Assembly: GCA_965248755.1 (NCBI GenBank)
Contig: OZ252149.1
Span: forward strand, 608,001-672,000
Length of the DNA: 64,000 bases
Direction: 5' to 3'
Origin: Candidatus Latescibacterota bacterium
GTDB taxonomy: Bacteria > Latescibacterota > CBDEFO01
In this document: in pieces, positions 20,455 through 31,233 of the stretch
How positions within the stretch are numbered: the first letter of the stretch is position 1
Layout of the letters: each line of letters opens with the position of its first letter
The notes under the pieces: generated by a model
The model's database searches: none
What the model was told of the DNA's origin: nothing
The model's input: the letters and a program-made list of their open reading frames with translations, nothing else
Translations under genes and position numbers: made by a program

Positions 20455-23400
20455 ATGCGTTTGACGGGACAAAGGAGAACGAACAATATGAACAGGAAGA
20501 ATAGAGTTTTAGTGGCGAGGAACTTCTTGCTTGCGCCTTTTTCCTACCTACTACCTACTGCCCTTTCCTTGTTGTTCTTTTCCCTATCTACTATCTTCTA
20601 CCTGCTACCTACTTCTGTTTACGGAGAATCGTTTGCATGTGCTGGAGATCCTAAAGCTCGCATAGAGGGCCTGGGCAAGGTCGCATACATCGAGCCCAAG
20701 GGCAAAAAGAAAGTCCTGGCAATCTTTGCCAAGTTCAAAGGCGAAGCCCCTGCCGATTCCCTGGCCCCCTCCTTTGCAAATGACATATTCGACCCGAACA
20801 GACAAGGGAGCTTCAGCCACTTTTACGAGAACATGTCTTCTGGGGCGTTAGAGGCGTCGGGAACTGTGCTGAGGAAGAGATACGAATCCGACTTTCCCGC
20901 CCAGGAATACGTTATAGCACCTGAACGACAGCTCGGAAAATTCGATCAGTTCAACTTAGAGATCTTGAGCAAGGTAGATAACGACATAGACTTCGGGGAG
21001 TTCGACAACGACGGCCCGGATAATATCCCCAATTCGGGAGACGACGACGGCTTTGTGGACTTCGTCACAATCAACTTAAGAAGCAGACCCACCGGCTTTT
21101 TCATAGGCACCGCGACGGGCATTGCATCCCTCGGATTTAAGAATGATTTTATCACAAACGACACAAAGAGCGGCGGCGGATTCATAAAGGTTCCCGGGAT
21201 ATTTACAGCGATGGGGGGCACTACGCAGAGGGTTAGAAATTTTGCCAGCACCGCGGGCACGATAGCCCACGAATTCGCGCACGTCTTCGGACTACCGGAC
21301 CTCTTTGACCAGACGTTCCTTTCCAATCCTAACCTGGACCTACAGGACGACGGCGCGGGAATAGGCAACTGGGGTATGATGGGTCGGGGAACCTTGGGAT
21401 GGTCAGGCACAGACGGCCCCAACCCCTTTTCGGCCTGGTGCAAGGAACAGTTGGGGTGGATCGGAAGAGAGAATGACAATCTGGTCGTTGTCCAGGAGAC
21501 GATGAGGAACGTAGTAATATCTGATTCAGAGATGGGAGGTAAGGTCTACAAAATCCATATAAGCAACGAGGAGTACTTTTTAGTCGAAAACAGACAAAAA
21601 TCGGGAGGATACTACGACAGGAATATCCCCGGTGGAGGCATCTTCATCTGGCATGTGGATATGACAGCTGACAACGATGAAGAAAGACACAAGCAGGTCG
21701 ATTTGGAGTGCGCAGATGGCCTTTTTAAGGCCGGATCTGAAGATCCTTCCAGCGGAGCGGATCAGCTCGACCGATGGTCAAGAGACGCTGACTTTGCGGA
21801 GACTAACGACGGCAACCTCGGAGATGCCACCGATCCTTTCGATGGGATAGCTTTCACATCGTTCGATTCTGAGTCGAATCCCAGCAGCAACGCCTACGGG
21901 GGATTCGTCCAGACTATAAGTACGGGGATCGCTGTGGAGAATATCAGAAAGAGCGGCAACGATATGATAGTGGATTTCGTGATCGGCTCTCCGGCGCCGG
22001 GACGAATTTCCCGGGACACTACATGGTCGGTGACGCATACTGTCAGGGGCGATGTTATAGTTGACTTCGGCGCTACGCTTACTATCGCAGCCGGCACCCG
22101 GGTCGATATCTCCAAGGGCGACGTCAGGAAAAGCGGTGTAGATCCAGATAGGTGCGAGCTTATAATCTACGGTCGCCTCCTGCTTGAGGGGACTCCTACG
22201 AATCCCATAAATATAGCCTCCTTATCTCCCTTTCCGTCCGAAACAGATTGGTACGGCATAAGACTTATAAACGATCAAAAGGATATAAATAGGGCAGGAG
22301 TAGTAATCGAAGGATCAGAATTTGGCTTCGTAAGACAGCGTCTTCCGGAAGATGCGACATGGTCAGGAACAGTCATTGTTCCTGAAGACATGACAATTCC
22401 CGAAGGCACCACGCTGACAGTATCTGCCGGGACGACTGTGCGCTTTGCCGATAGAGATTGGGCAGGTCGAGGAGCCAAGCCTCTGCGATGTGAGCTAATA
22501 GTGGAAGGTTCCCTGATAGCGTCCGGAACGTCGGCAAGCGGTGTATTATTTACATCCATGCTGAGTCAGATTAGAGACGCAGACCAAGCCTGGGGCGGCA
22601 TAAAGCTTGTGCCGGGTGGGGTACTGGATATGAGCTTTACACTACTTCAGTTTCCGGCTTTTGCCCTTAGTGGAGAACTCAAAGGAGCGCAGGCTTATCT
22701 GAGGGACTCCATAATCAGGTCTACTCCCGGAGGCGGCATCAGTCTCAGGATTAGTGACGGCACTTTGAACCTCGAAAGGACGACTATCGAGCAGAACGGA
22801 GCGTCGGGGGGCATAAGTGTGAGCGGAACTGGATCTGTGGTTTTGAAGGACTGCACCATCAGAAATAACGTAGGAGTCGGATTATCCACGGACAACTGCT
22901 CCGTTCAGGCTGAGGGGTGCACCTTTTCGGGAAACGGGGATATTCAAAGTGCACTTGGCAATATCAACCTCCAAAATCGGTCCGGAGTCGAGGGCTCTGG
23001 GGGCGAAGATCACATAATCGACCTCCGAGACTGCCTAATCGAAAGGAACGCCAAAGAGGGCATAGATCTCTCCGAATGGAGCGGTCAGGTGCACATATCC
23101 GACAGCATTATCAGGAACAACAGGGAAGTTGGACTTAGTTTATCAGAAACTTCAGGGGAAATCGTCCGTTCGTTATTTGCCGACCCTACGGGCATAGAAT
23201 TAAGGGACGTGGCATCTCTGGACATAGAGGAGAATACCTTCACTTTTAACCAGATCGGCATAGCCTCCATATCCTCATCTGCCCGGATAGCCTACAACAC
23301 ATTTCGGGAGGCATCCACGGCATTGAGGATAGAAGGAAGCAGAATTCCTGAGCGTATAAGCCGTAATTCCTTCCTCGGCAACAACATCTCGGTGGACAAC

Positions 23401-23697
23401 CGAACTTTCCTCAGGGTGAACGCCGAAGGCAACTGGTGGGGCACAGTTATTCTTGAAGAGATCGCCGCACAGATTCAGGGAAGCGTGGATTTCGAGCCCT
23501 TCCTCACATCAGAGCCGCTCTTGGGGGATTTCGACGGGGATAGCAAAGTAGGTCTCTCCGATTTTGTCCTTTTTTTAGATGCGTTCGCCACAACGACCAG
23601 TTCAACCGATTGGGATCCCCTATTCGATCTGGACGACAATGGAGAGGTCGGACTCTCCGACTTTGTAATCTTTCTAGATAACTTCGGGACGGCATAA
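20455..23697 (+). CDS. M6 (immune inhibitor A-like) metalloprotease with beta-helix region and C-terminal dockerin-like domain
   Basis: HEFAHVFGLPDLF, WGMMG, EYFLVENRQ, IWHVD; C-terminal GDFDGDSKVGLSDF..DLDDNGEVGLSDF; start may be 20488. Confidence 0.88.
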   Translation: MRLTGQRRTNNMNRKNRVLVARNFLLAPFSYLLPTALSLLFFSLSTIFYLLPTSVYGESFACAGDPKARIEGLGKVAYIEPKGKKKVLAIFAKFKGEAPADSLAPSFANDIFDPNRQGSFSHFYENMSSGALEASGTVLRKRYESDFPAQEYVIAPERQLGKFDQFNLEILSKVDNDIDFGEFDNDGPDNIPNSGDDDGFVDFVTINLRSRPTGFFIGTATGIASLGFKNDFITNDTKSGGGFIKVPGIFTAMGGTTQRVRNFASTAGTIAHEFAHVFGLPDLFDQTFLSNPNLDLQDDGAGIGNWGMMGRGTLGWSGTDGPNPFSAWCKEQLGWIGRENDNLVVVQETMRNVVISDSEMGGKVYKIHISNEEYFLVENRQKSGGYYDRNIPGGGIFIWHVDMTADNDEERHKQVDLECADGLFKAGSEDPSSGADQLDRWSRDADFAETNDGNLGDATDPFDGIAFTSFDSESNPSSNAYGGFVQTISTGIAVENIRKSGNDMIVDFVIGSPAPGRISRDTTWSVTHTVRGDVIVDFGATLTIAAGTRVDISKGDVRKSGVDPDRCELIIYGRLLLEGTPTNPINIASLSPFPSETDWYGIRLINDQKDINRAGVVIEGSEFGFVRQRLPEDATWSGTVIVPEDMTIPEGTTLTVSAGTTVRFADRDWAGRGAKPLRCELIVEGSLIASGTSASGVLFTSMLSQIRDADQAWGGIKLVPGGVLDMSFTLLQFPAFALSGELKGAQAYLRDSIIRSTPGGGISLRISDGTLNLERTTIEQNGASGGISVSGTGSVVLKDCTIRNNVGVGLSTDNCSVQAEGCTFSGNGDIQSALGNINLQNRSGVEGSGGEDHIIDLRDCLIERNAKEGIDLSEWSGQVHISDSIIRNNREVGLSLSETSGEIVRSLFADPTGIELRDVASLDIEENTFTFNQIGIASISSSARIAYNTFREASTALRIEGSRIPERISRNSFLGNNISVDNRTFLRVNAEGNWWGTVILEEIAAQIQGSVDFEPFLTSEPLLGDFDGDSKVGLSDFVLFLDAFATTTSSTDWDPLFDLDDNGEVGLSDFVIFLDNFGTA

Positions 23698-23810
23698 CTT
23701 TATGGTTGCAGCCAACAAGATAGAGGGCATCTATGGGATCGCAGACTCCGTAGATCTCGCAGATACCTATGCTCAATAGAGATCGATCGTCGGAAGGAGT
23801 TAGCGTCCTT

Positions 23811-24071
23811 ATGTCTGATAATCACCGTAACTTGGCTATTGCGCGGAACAAGATCAACAAGATAAACAGAGACATACTCAATTCTGTCGGTCTGACCCAG
23901 GACGAAATTAAAGTCGCTATCGAGGCTGGGCTTATTGATGAAGACCAGGCCTACTTCTGGACGGAGGAATGGCAAAAAGGCATGCGTGAGTCCGAAAGGG
24001 ATATACGTGAGGGGAGAGTGACCGGCTTCGATAACGCTGATGACTTCTTTAGACATTTAGATAAACTATGA
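23811..24071 (+). CDS. Small protein with AbrB/MazE-antitoxin-like C-terminal motif
   Basis: AAGGAG RBS; DQAYFWTEEWQKG..E..DIREGRV..F motif. Confidence 0.6.
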   Translation: MSDNHRNLAIARNKINKINRDILNSVGLTQDEIKVAIEAGLIDEDQAYFWTEEWQKGMRESERDIREGRVTGFDNADDFFRHLDKL

Positions 24072-25009
24072 AAGAGACAATGAACTTCACAGATAGGTTA
24101 ATTCAAGAAATAATCCAAAAGCAGAGCCACACAGTTGTGGGACTGGATCCGAGGATAGAGATGATTCCCGATTTTATAAGGGAGGAGAGCTGTGCAGAGT
24201 TCCAGGATCCCTTCCAGGCCGCCTCTGAGGCGATTTTGCGCTTTAACAGAGAGATCATAGACTCAATCGCAGATATAGTCCCCGCCGTCAAACCTCAGAT
24301 CGCCTTCTACGAAAGATACGGCCACTGGGGCGTCAGGGCCTTCGCCGAGACAGCAGACTACGCTAAGGATAAGGGCTTGATAGTCATAGGCGACGTTAAG
24401 AGGAACGATATAGGCTCAACGTCCGAGGCATATGCAGACGCCTACCTGGGAGATGAACTTTCTCCATATAATCTGGACGCCATAACCGTCAACCCCTATT
24501 TCGGCTCAGACGGCGTTCTTCCCTTCATCCAGAGGGCAAGAGATCGGGGAAAAGGCATCTTTGTACTTGTCAAGACATCTAACAAATCGTCAGAGGAACT
24601 TCAGGACTTAAAGACAGACGGCAGGCACATTTACGAAGTCGTGGGAGAGATGGTGGACAGATGGGGAGAGAGCACAGAGGGAAACAGGGGTTATAAATGT
24701 GTGGGAGGGGTAGTTGGAGCCACATTTCCAGGACAGGCGGACGATCTGAGACACATAATGCCCAGATCCTACCTCCTTGTCCCCGGATACGGCGCCCAGG
24801 GCGCCACCGCAGCTGATGTGATCTCCTACTTCAACCCGGACGGATTGGGGGCAGTGGTGAACTCCTCAAGGGGAATCATATTTGCATATAAAGATGAGTC
24901 AAACCTATACGGACCCCGTGAATTTGGAAAAGCTGCAAGGGCAGCTGCTCTTCGCATGAATCGAGAGATCAACGCTGCCTTAGAAAAGGCGCAAAAGCGC
25001 GCCTGGTAG
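24068..25009 (+). CDS. pyrF: Orotidine-5'-phosphate decarboxylase (subfamily 2)
   Basis: VGLDP, KPQIAFYE, DVKRNDIGST, LVPGYGAQG, NSSRGI. Confidence 0.96.
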   Translation: MKETMNFTDRLIQEIIQKQSHTVVGLDPRIEMIPDFIREESCAEFQDPFQAASEAILRFNREIIDSIADIVPAVKPQIAFYERYGHWGVRAFAETADYAKDKGLIVIGDVKRNDIGSTSEAYADAYLGDELSPYNLDAITVNPYFGSDGVLPFIQRARDRGKGIFVLVKTSNKSSEELQDLKTDGRHIYEVVGEMVDRWGESTEGNRGYKCVGGVVGATFPGQADDLRHIMPRSYLLVPGYGAQGATAADVISYFNPDGLGAVVNSSRGIIFAYKDESNLYGPREFGKAARAAALRMNREINAALEKAQKRAW

Positions 25010-25160
25010 CAGTAGATTAGGGCGGACACACGGGTCTGCCCCTGCGAATGAACGTAGAGGAAAATCGTCAGAGCCGAACCCGCGAGTTCGCTCAGTTACG
25101 TATACTGTCTACTCATATTTAGCCCGATACTCAACCCGATTAATTCACAAACTTGGTGGA

Positions 25161-25301
25161 GTCATTGCGAGGAGCAAAGCGGTCCCCGATTGGGTCTATC
25201 GGGGAAGCAATCTCAAGGTTTTACAGTGGTATCCTATGAGAGCCGGAGAGTATTACATCTACCACAGAATCGAGATTGCTTCGCCTTCCGCTCGCAATGA
25301 C
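25161..25301. repeat. Inverted pair of GTCATTGCGAG...GCAATCTC repeats, one carrying a nested CCCCGAT-N7-ATCGGGG palindrome
   Basis: gtcattgcgagg...gaagcaatctc (25161-25214) and gagattgcttcg...ctcgcaatgac (25272-25301). Confidence 0.8.
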
Positions 25302-25383
25302 ACCGAAGGTGGTTAAACGGCATAACTATAATATAATACAACCCCTTAATTAATACACGGCCTTTTTTGTGAATTATTCGGGC

Positions 25384-26559
25384 TTAATTCACTATGTCCG
25401 ACACCTTCACGAATTTAAATCCTCTCTTTTCCAGCTTTGGAAGGACAGCGCGAAGGGCGTGGAGCGTCTCTGCCTTATCGTGACCGACCGCTATAACCGT
25501 CCCTTCTGCAGCGGCGAGGTCGGCGGCCTGCATAAGCCTTTCTTCTATCGTCATGACGTCGTCGGGATTATCTATAAACAGTGACGCCTTAGCGCACTGT
25601 ATCCCCATCTTTTCTGCCAGATCATACGCTATTGAATTGGAGGACGTTCTGCTATCTACAAAGTAGAGTTTTTTCTCTTTAATCTCCGAAAGCACAGCTC
25701 TCATAACTCTCATGTCCTCGGTTGCCCTGGAACCCATATGATTGCTGAGTCCGAGGGCCTTCGGCATCGCCCTTATGGCCCTTTTTGTGATCCTTTTTAT
25801 CTCCCGGGTCGAATAGATGGTGTATACCGCCCCTTCTCCCGGCTTCTGCAGAGGGAAACCCTTCGGCTCCATGGGCAGATGGATCATAACCTCGTGGCCC
25901 CCATCCAGAGCCATTTGCGCTATCTTTTGTGAGTTGTCGGTGTCCGGAAAGACTGCTAAAGTCAGGCTCTGCGGAAGCTTACAGAACTCCCTTGCCAGCT
26001 CCATGCGCTGATAGCCAAAATCATCCAGTACAATTGCGATCTTTCCCTTTTTGCGGACTATTCTATCATTCCTTGAAAGGAGTATCAGATCCGTCTCCAC
26101 TCCGTCCATCCCGGCGCGGATCGATACCTTTGTTCCCTTCTCATTCTGCCGGGCTTCCAGTACCTCTCCACCCAGATCCTTTACAAGACGGGATACCTCC
26201 AGATTGCACACTAATAAGGACAGATCCTTAGGGACTCTCACCCGCGTCCTTTTAGGCCCCCTGTCGGATCGAGGATATTTGTTTATCAAATCACCCTCGA
26301 TGCCCAATCCCCAAAGGACACGATCTAAATAGACGTTCAGACTGTCGGAAAAGGCGCGGCTGTCGGAGGTAGCAGTGAGGGGGTAAGGTTCTTGCACAAC
26401 CCCTTGCGATGAGCCCCTGACTGTTAAGCTGCGGTATATGAGCGCTGCTCCCGCAGAAATAACAAAAAGGAGCACTAACGTCCATAGTAGAGGTTTAAGT
26501 GACCTCTTCCTTTTGGCCATGCTCCGAGCGCGCGGTCTGCGCCTTCTATCCTTGTCCAT
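25384..26559 (-). CDS. Divergent polysaccharide deacetylase family protein
   Basis: IAIVLDDFG, HLPMEP, NHMGS, FVDSRT, AVGH motifs; N-terminal TM. Confidence 0.92.
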   Translation of the reverse strand: MDKDRRRRPRARSMAKRKRSLKPLLWTLVLLFVISAGAALIYRSLTVRGSSQGVVQEPYPLTATSDSRAFSDSLNVYLDRVLWGLGIEGDLINKYPRSDRGPKRTRVRVPKDLSLLVCNLEVSRLVKDLGGEVLEARQNEKGTKVSIRAGMDGVETDLILLSRNDRIVRKKGKIAIVLDDFGYQRMELAREFCKLPQSLTLAVFPDTDNSQKIAQMALDGGHEVMIHLPMEPKGFPLQKPGEGAVYTIYSTREIKRITKRAIRAMPKALGLSNHMGSRATEDMRVMRAVLSEIKEKKLYFVDSRTSSNSIAYDLAEKMGIQCAKASLFIDNPDDVMTIEERLMQAADLAAAEGTVIAVGHDKAETLHALRAVLPKLEKRGFKFVKVSDIVN

Positions 26560-26630
26560 ATCAGATCAAAAATATAGGGAAGAAAGGCTCAATCTTTCTT
26601 CCCCAAAGGTTAGATCACAAAAGGAGTCGC

Positions 26631-27275
26631 TTACCGGGTGAGAGGATCATCATCCCACCGAACTATCTTCCACAGGCCCTCTTCATTCTGTCTCAGCTTA
26701 AACGTCATATTCTGATTTACGCGGAAGCCGTTTTCCCCTGTCTCATCCACCATAAGCATATTCACAGGACCGAAGAAAACCTCCCAATCCTCGTCCTCAT
26801 GGGCGTCAGGGTCGCCCTCAAATGCTGGAAGCACAGTTCCCTTTGGCTCTGTGAACCTCCCGCGGGTGCCTCCAGCCTGTGTAAAATCGAAATCAAATAT
26901 CGTGAACTCCTTGAAGATTTTTGTTATAATTGTTACATCTCGATCCTTCCCCCAAGCAATATCCAGAGTGTCCGTCTCGCTCCGTTCTGTGAACCAATAC
27001 CTTTCATCGAGCAGGTCTTCATAGACCTCGATGTCCCTATTATCCATAGCAAAATCCAAGTTTTCAAGGAGGATCTCAGCCTGTGTGGCATCTGGTATAG
27101 GCCCTCCGTTGCCACTTTGGTTACCACCACCGTTACCACTTCCGGTGCCATCTCCGTCGACACCATTGCCATTGGGAGGCTTAGTTGTTGGAGGGGAAAA
27201 GGGATTTCCGCATCCAATCGTAAGCATAAAGACAACGCATACTGTTACAATACAAAGGACAGACTTCATCAACAT
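26631..27275 (-). CDS. Hypothetical lipoprotein
   Basis: Lipobox TIGC, Gly/Asn linker, C-terminal WKIVRWDD; resembles the neighbouring lipoprotein. Confidence 0.75.
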   Translation of the reverse strand: MLMKSVLCIVTVCVVFMLTIGCGNPFSPPTTKPPNGNGVDGDGTGSGNGGGNQSGNGGPIPDATQAEILLENLDFAMDNRDIEVYEDLLDERYWFTERSETDTLDIAWGKDRDVTIITKIFKEFTIFDFDFTQAGGTRGRFTEPKGTVLPAFEGDPDAHEDEDWEVFFGPVNMLMVDETGENGFRVNQNMTFKLRQNEEGLWKIVRWDDDPLTR

Positions 27276-27458
27276 TTTCTTGTCGCCTCCTGTTGAAGAA
27301 ATTAAGGGACTTCGAAATAAATAGACCGGAGAGCCTCACCTAGAAAGAATTGCCAGATAAGAATGTCCGACCCACCTTGTTATGCATGTTGGTAGAACAG
27401 GTTTTCTTGTCTGTTCTATTTGGACCTCTATATTCTCCAGACTGTTTTGACTTGATAC

Positions 27459-28058
27459 TTAATTTAGAAACCTGGCTCTGAGTTCGCCCCAGGTGCTTTC
27501 TTCCTGACTTGTCTTGAAGTCCCGCCATCTGAATATTTCCCAGCTTCCTTCCTCATTTTTTCGCAAGGAGAGCCAGAACTCTCCGCTGATCCTACCTGGG
27601 GTGTCTTCTCGTTCCTCAAGATAGAATATTGTAGCTATATAATTGTCTCTGTATTCCTCCTGGTTCCCATCTGATGAAGCTTCAAAGAGCGTCGGAGGCC
27701 AGTTTCCAAGCATACTGATGGATCTGACCAGGAGGCTGTCGCTCAAAAAGAAATCGGCAAAACTCTCCTCTTTTTCTTTGTCCCAGAGATCGTCGTATAT
27801 ATGGCTAAAGTCGCTGGAGTCCTTCTCATCGGGCGTAAAGATGAAGTCGTCCGACAGAAGCTGAAGATAATCGGCCGGCCTCAGACTTTGCACAGCTTCT
27901 TTCAAATTCTCCAATAGTTCTTCCCCACGGACCGCAGTGCCGATAGATGACCTGCCTCCCGTGGGAGGTTGCACTTGGTCATCCCTGGTCGAGAAGGGAT
28001 TTGAACATCCCGAAGTCCAGATCGCCGCTATCAAGAATATGCAAAGGTGTCTTATCAT
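27459..28058 (-). CDS. Hypothetical lipoprotein
   Basis: Lipobox TSGC; ELLENL, WEIFRWRD, STWGELRARF. Confidence 0.75.
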   Translation of the reverse strand: MIRHLCIFLIAAIWTSGCSNPFSTRDDQVQPPTGGRSSIGTAVRGEELLENLKEAVQSLRPADYLQLLSDDFIFTPDEKDSSDFSHIYDDLWDKEKEESFADFFLSDSLLVRSISMLGNWPPTLFEASSDGNQEEYRDNYIATIFYLEEREDTPGRISGEFWLSLRKNEEGSWEIFRWRDFKTSQEESTWGELRARFLN

Positions 28059-28119
28059 ATATGGTGACTCTTCATCTCTACACCACTTTTCATCTTATCG
28101 TAACACGGGAAAGCGAATA

Positions 28120-29073
28120 TCAGGCTATGCTTATCGGAGCCGGCATAAAGCAAACTACAAAAATCCCCATAGATAAGTAGCCAAGGGCTCTGCGTCTATT
28201 ATCCAACACGATATACGAGTCATAAGGAGGTGGATGTCGCCTTCCGAAGACAAACAGAGACATAAACGCCCAAAGGAACCACCCGTACCACCCGGATACG
28301 AACCCCAAGACCACAAGTCCGACAATCGCTAGCTTCGATATGAGGCGGTGCCATCTCCCAAAAAGAGAGTAGGTTATATGTCCTCCGTCCAATTGACCTA
28401 TGGGCAGAAGATTCAGAGCCGTGACAAAGAGTCCGATCCATCCGGCAAAAGCCACAGGATGGAGATAAAGCTGCGCATCAGAGGCCAGCTCACCCACTAC
28501 GATCTTAGAAAGCAGCAAAAAGATTAATGAATCTCCCAATTCGATGGAAGGCCTTTCGACTGCCTCTGTAGCAAATACTGTCTCTGACATGCTGAGTCCG
28601 ATTACAGATACGATGATGGCCGCTACGAAACCCACAAGGGGTCCTGCGGCTCCGATGTCCACTAACGCTTTTCTGTTCGGTATGGGAGATTTTATCTTGA
28701 TCACAGCGCCGAACGTGCCTATGAACATAAGGAAAGGCTCCGGTATAAAATAGGGAAGCGTGGCTTTTACGTTCCAGCTCCTTGCGGCGAAATAGTGTCC
28801 GAACTCGTGAACACCGAGTATCAAAAGCAGACTCGCTGAAAACGGCAGGCCCTTATAAAACAGGAGAGGATTTGCAGCCAGATCGACATCGGGTCTCATC
28901 AAAGCTCCTGCAGTCGTCGTAGTAATTGCTGTAAGGATAAACAGCACGAAGTTAATGGCAGGATTGGAGGGCTTCGGCTGATGCGGAGTCCACATCTGAT
29001 ACGGAGGTATGGCTGGTTGAATCCATTCTTTACCTTCGGGCAAATTCACTTTTCCATTCCGCTTCCACAGCAA
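28120..29073 (-). CDS. Site-2 protease (M50)
   Basis: HEFGH, AGPLVG, NLLPIGQLDGGH. Confidence 0.93.
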   Translation of the reverse strand: MLWKRNGKVNLPEGKEWIQPAIPPYQMWTPHQPKPSNPAINFVLFILTAITTTTAGALMRPDVDLAANPLLFYKGLPFSASLLLILGVHEFGHYFAARSWNVKATLPYFIPEPFLMFIGTFGAVIKIKSPIPNRKALVDIGAAGPLVGFVAAIIVSVIGLSMSETVFATEAVERPSIELGDSLIFLLLSKIVVGELASDAQLYLHPVAFAGWIGLFVTALNLLPIGQLDGGHITYSLFGRWHRLISKLAIVGLVVLGFVSGWYGWFLWAFMSLFVFGRRHPPPYDSYIVLDNRRRALGYLSMGIFVVCFMPAPISIA

Positions 29074-29094
29074 GGTGACTCTCCTGCCTTTCCT

Positions 29095-30084
29095 TTAGTC
29101 TGCCATCAATCCTACTGCAAATCTGTGCGAATTTCCGAGCCCGAAGTTCAAGGGAACAAAGGCATAGTCCAGCCTCCATCTTCTAAATCTGAGTCCGAAC
29201 CCCGTGGAAATATCCATCGTGTCGCTCCCGCTTTGTCCTCCGAATCTCAAAGCAAATATCCTGCTGTACTCCCATTCGACCCCGGCGTGCAAACTAACAG
29301 CCGAGTCGTTCGGCACCCTTACGTCAGTCGAGGCTAATATATCTCCCCATTCTAAAGCTGATAACAGATAAGAGGCTCCGAACCTTACTTCTACAGGCAA
29401 ATCTACCGATTCTTCATTTAGCTTGTTCATCCCTCCGACGTTCTTCAATGAGAATCCCCCTGCAAAGTTCCTATATGTATAGATGGCTCCGAGATCCAGC
29501 GCCGCTCCGAGTGCGCTTTCCACATGTATCTTCTCGGCGAGCCATTTGACCGTCACGCCCACGCTCACATTATCGTGAACTCTTTGGGCGTAGGACAACA
29601 AGACCGCTGAATCATAGACGCTAAAATTCCCCAAAGGTTTCAAAGAAGCTCCTGTCCTCCTTTCCAATCCTCCGGCGGAGTTTATGATAGTACTCAGGGC
29701 AAACGCTCTGTCCTCTCCTCCAAAGGCGGCACCGGCGTAGTCGTGGCTTATATCCTGTATCCATTCGTTGTGAACAAGTAACACGTCTCTGCCCTTTACT
29801 CCAATAAGACCTGCGGGATTCCAGTAAGCTGATGATTGATCCTTCGACACGGAGGTGTAGGCAGACCCCATTGCGGCTGCCCTTGCGCCTACGCCTAACT
29901 TCAAGAATGAGAGTCCGGTCCTGCCGGCATCCGGATCTACCCCGGCGTAAGATACAGTAGACAGTAGACAGTATATAGAAGACAGTAGATAAAGGAGATT
30001 GCTTCTCCGATTTAATCGGGGGACCCGAAGCAATCTCAGAGACACAACATCGGCTCTCCCCCTCTGTTTAGTGTTCTTTGCCAT
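29095..30084 (-). CDS. PorV/PorQ-family outer membrane protein
   Basis: FLKLGVGARAAAMG, YWNPAGL, LDYAF motifs; repeat-derived N-terminus. Confidence 0.85.
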   Translation of the reverse strand: MAKNTKQRGRADVVSLRLLRVPRLNRRSNLLYLLSSIYCLLSTVSYAGVDPDAGRTGLSFLKLGVGARAAAMGSAYTSVSKDQSSAYWNPAGLIGVKGRDVLLVHNEWIQDISHDYAGAAFGGEDRAFALSTIINSAGGLERRTGASLKPLGNFSVYDSAVLLSYAQRVHDNVSVGVTVKWLAEKIHVESALGAALDLGAIYTYRNFAGGFSLKNVGGMNKLNEESVDLPVEVRFGASYLLSALEWGDILASTDVRVPNDSAVSLHAGVEWEYSRIFALRFGGQSGSDTMDISTGFGLRFRRWRLDYAFVPLNFGLGNSHRFAVGLMAD

Positions 30085-30113
30085 AATGTCTAAAAACTCA
30101 AAGCCCCATATAT

Positions 30114-31064
30114 CTAAAAAGTCAACGCAGTTGAGAAGACATGACTCCCCCCGGCGTCCATCTGATCCGTTATAAAAACGTACTGAAAATCTATCTGGCG
30201 TTCAAAGATTGGGCCAAGACCTATGCCGAACCTCTGGGAACTTTCGCCGATGTCATCTGAGGATATGTCCCCGACACCTGCTCTCAATCTCAAAAATTCG
30301 TTCAGCGCCAGCTCCCATCCCGACCTTACCTCCACTTCTCCATTGCTGCGCTCTACATCGAACGAGATTAAGACCCTCTCATCAAAGAATCTGTAGGATG
30401 CCCCCACGACGAGCGACTCAGGGATTTCGTCCTGGTAGGAGACCTCGCCGATGCCCCTTGAGATCTTCCAGGAAAGCTCTGTATTTATATTTCTGACCAC
30501 AAAACCTATGGACAGATCCTCCGTCGGCTTTACCATAGCCCCGACATCGAAGCCGAATCCCCTACCTGCTTCTCCCGCAAGAGAGTGACGCAGATATTTT
30601 CCGTTCAGCCCGATTGCCCCCTTGCCATCTACATCCTTTGCGAACGAAAAGTAGAAGGCATTGCGATTATCAGAAATCTCCCCCGTTTTTCGTCCATTTA
30701 TGTCCCGACCCTGGATATTCGCGGTTCCCGCATATATCCACATAAATCCGAATGCTGCTCCCTGTTCCGATCTCTGGCTGTAGGAAAGGACATTTTCCTT
30801 TCTGTCTAAAGAAAGCGATCTGTAAGTCTCAGACACCTGCCTTTTCTGAGTATAGATAAGTCCAGCGGGATTCCAGAACGCTCCCGAAGCATCGTCGGCT
30901 ATAGACACATAAGCCCCTCCCAGACCGATAGCTTTGGCTCCTACGCCGCTTCTGAGAAAGGCGCTGGCATCCCCCCCGCTTATCCCTTGGGATGAGGATA
31001 TTGAAGACATTACTAAAAGCCACAATACAGTAGACAATCGACAGCAAACAGTAGACAGGGGCAT
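30114..31064 (-). CDS. PorV/PorQ-family outer membrane protein
   Basis: FLRSGVGAKAIGLG, FWNPAGL, FDVG, terminal Phe; ATG 31064 after GGGAGG. Confidence 0.85.
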   Translation of the reverse strand: MPLSTVCCRLSTVLWLLVMSSISSSQGISGGDASAFLRSGVGAKAIGLGGAYVSIADDASGAFWNPAGLIYTQKRQVSETYRSLSLDRKENVLSYSQRSEQGAAFGFMWIYAGTANIQGRDINGRKTGEISDNRNAFYFSFAKDVDGKGAIGLNGKYLRHSLAGEAGRGFGFDVGAMVKPTEDLSIGFVVRNINTELSWKISRGIGEVSYQDEIPESLVVGASYRFFDERVLISFDVERSNGEVEVRSGWELALNEFLRLRAGVGDISSDDIGESSQRFGIGLGPIFERQIDFQYVFITDQMDAGGSHVFSTALTF

Positions 31065-31233
31065 CGCCTCCCTTCCCACCAGGTTGCTCCCCCCCCGATA
31101 GAGTCAATCGGGGGTAGAGTCAATCGGGGGCGCTCACAATGACGGTTTATTCGCTATTGAGTTCTTCGGTGGTCATTGCGAGGGGCACAGCCCCGAAGCA
31201 ATCTCGCGGACAGTATCATAAAATTTTTCCTTT

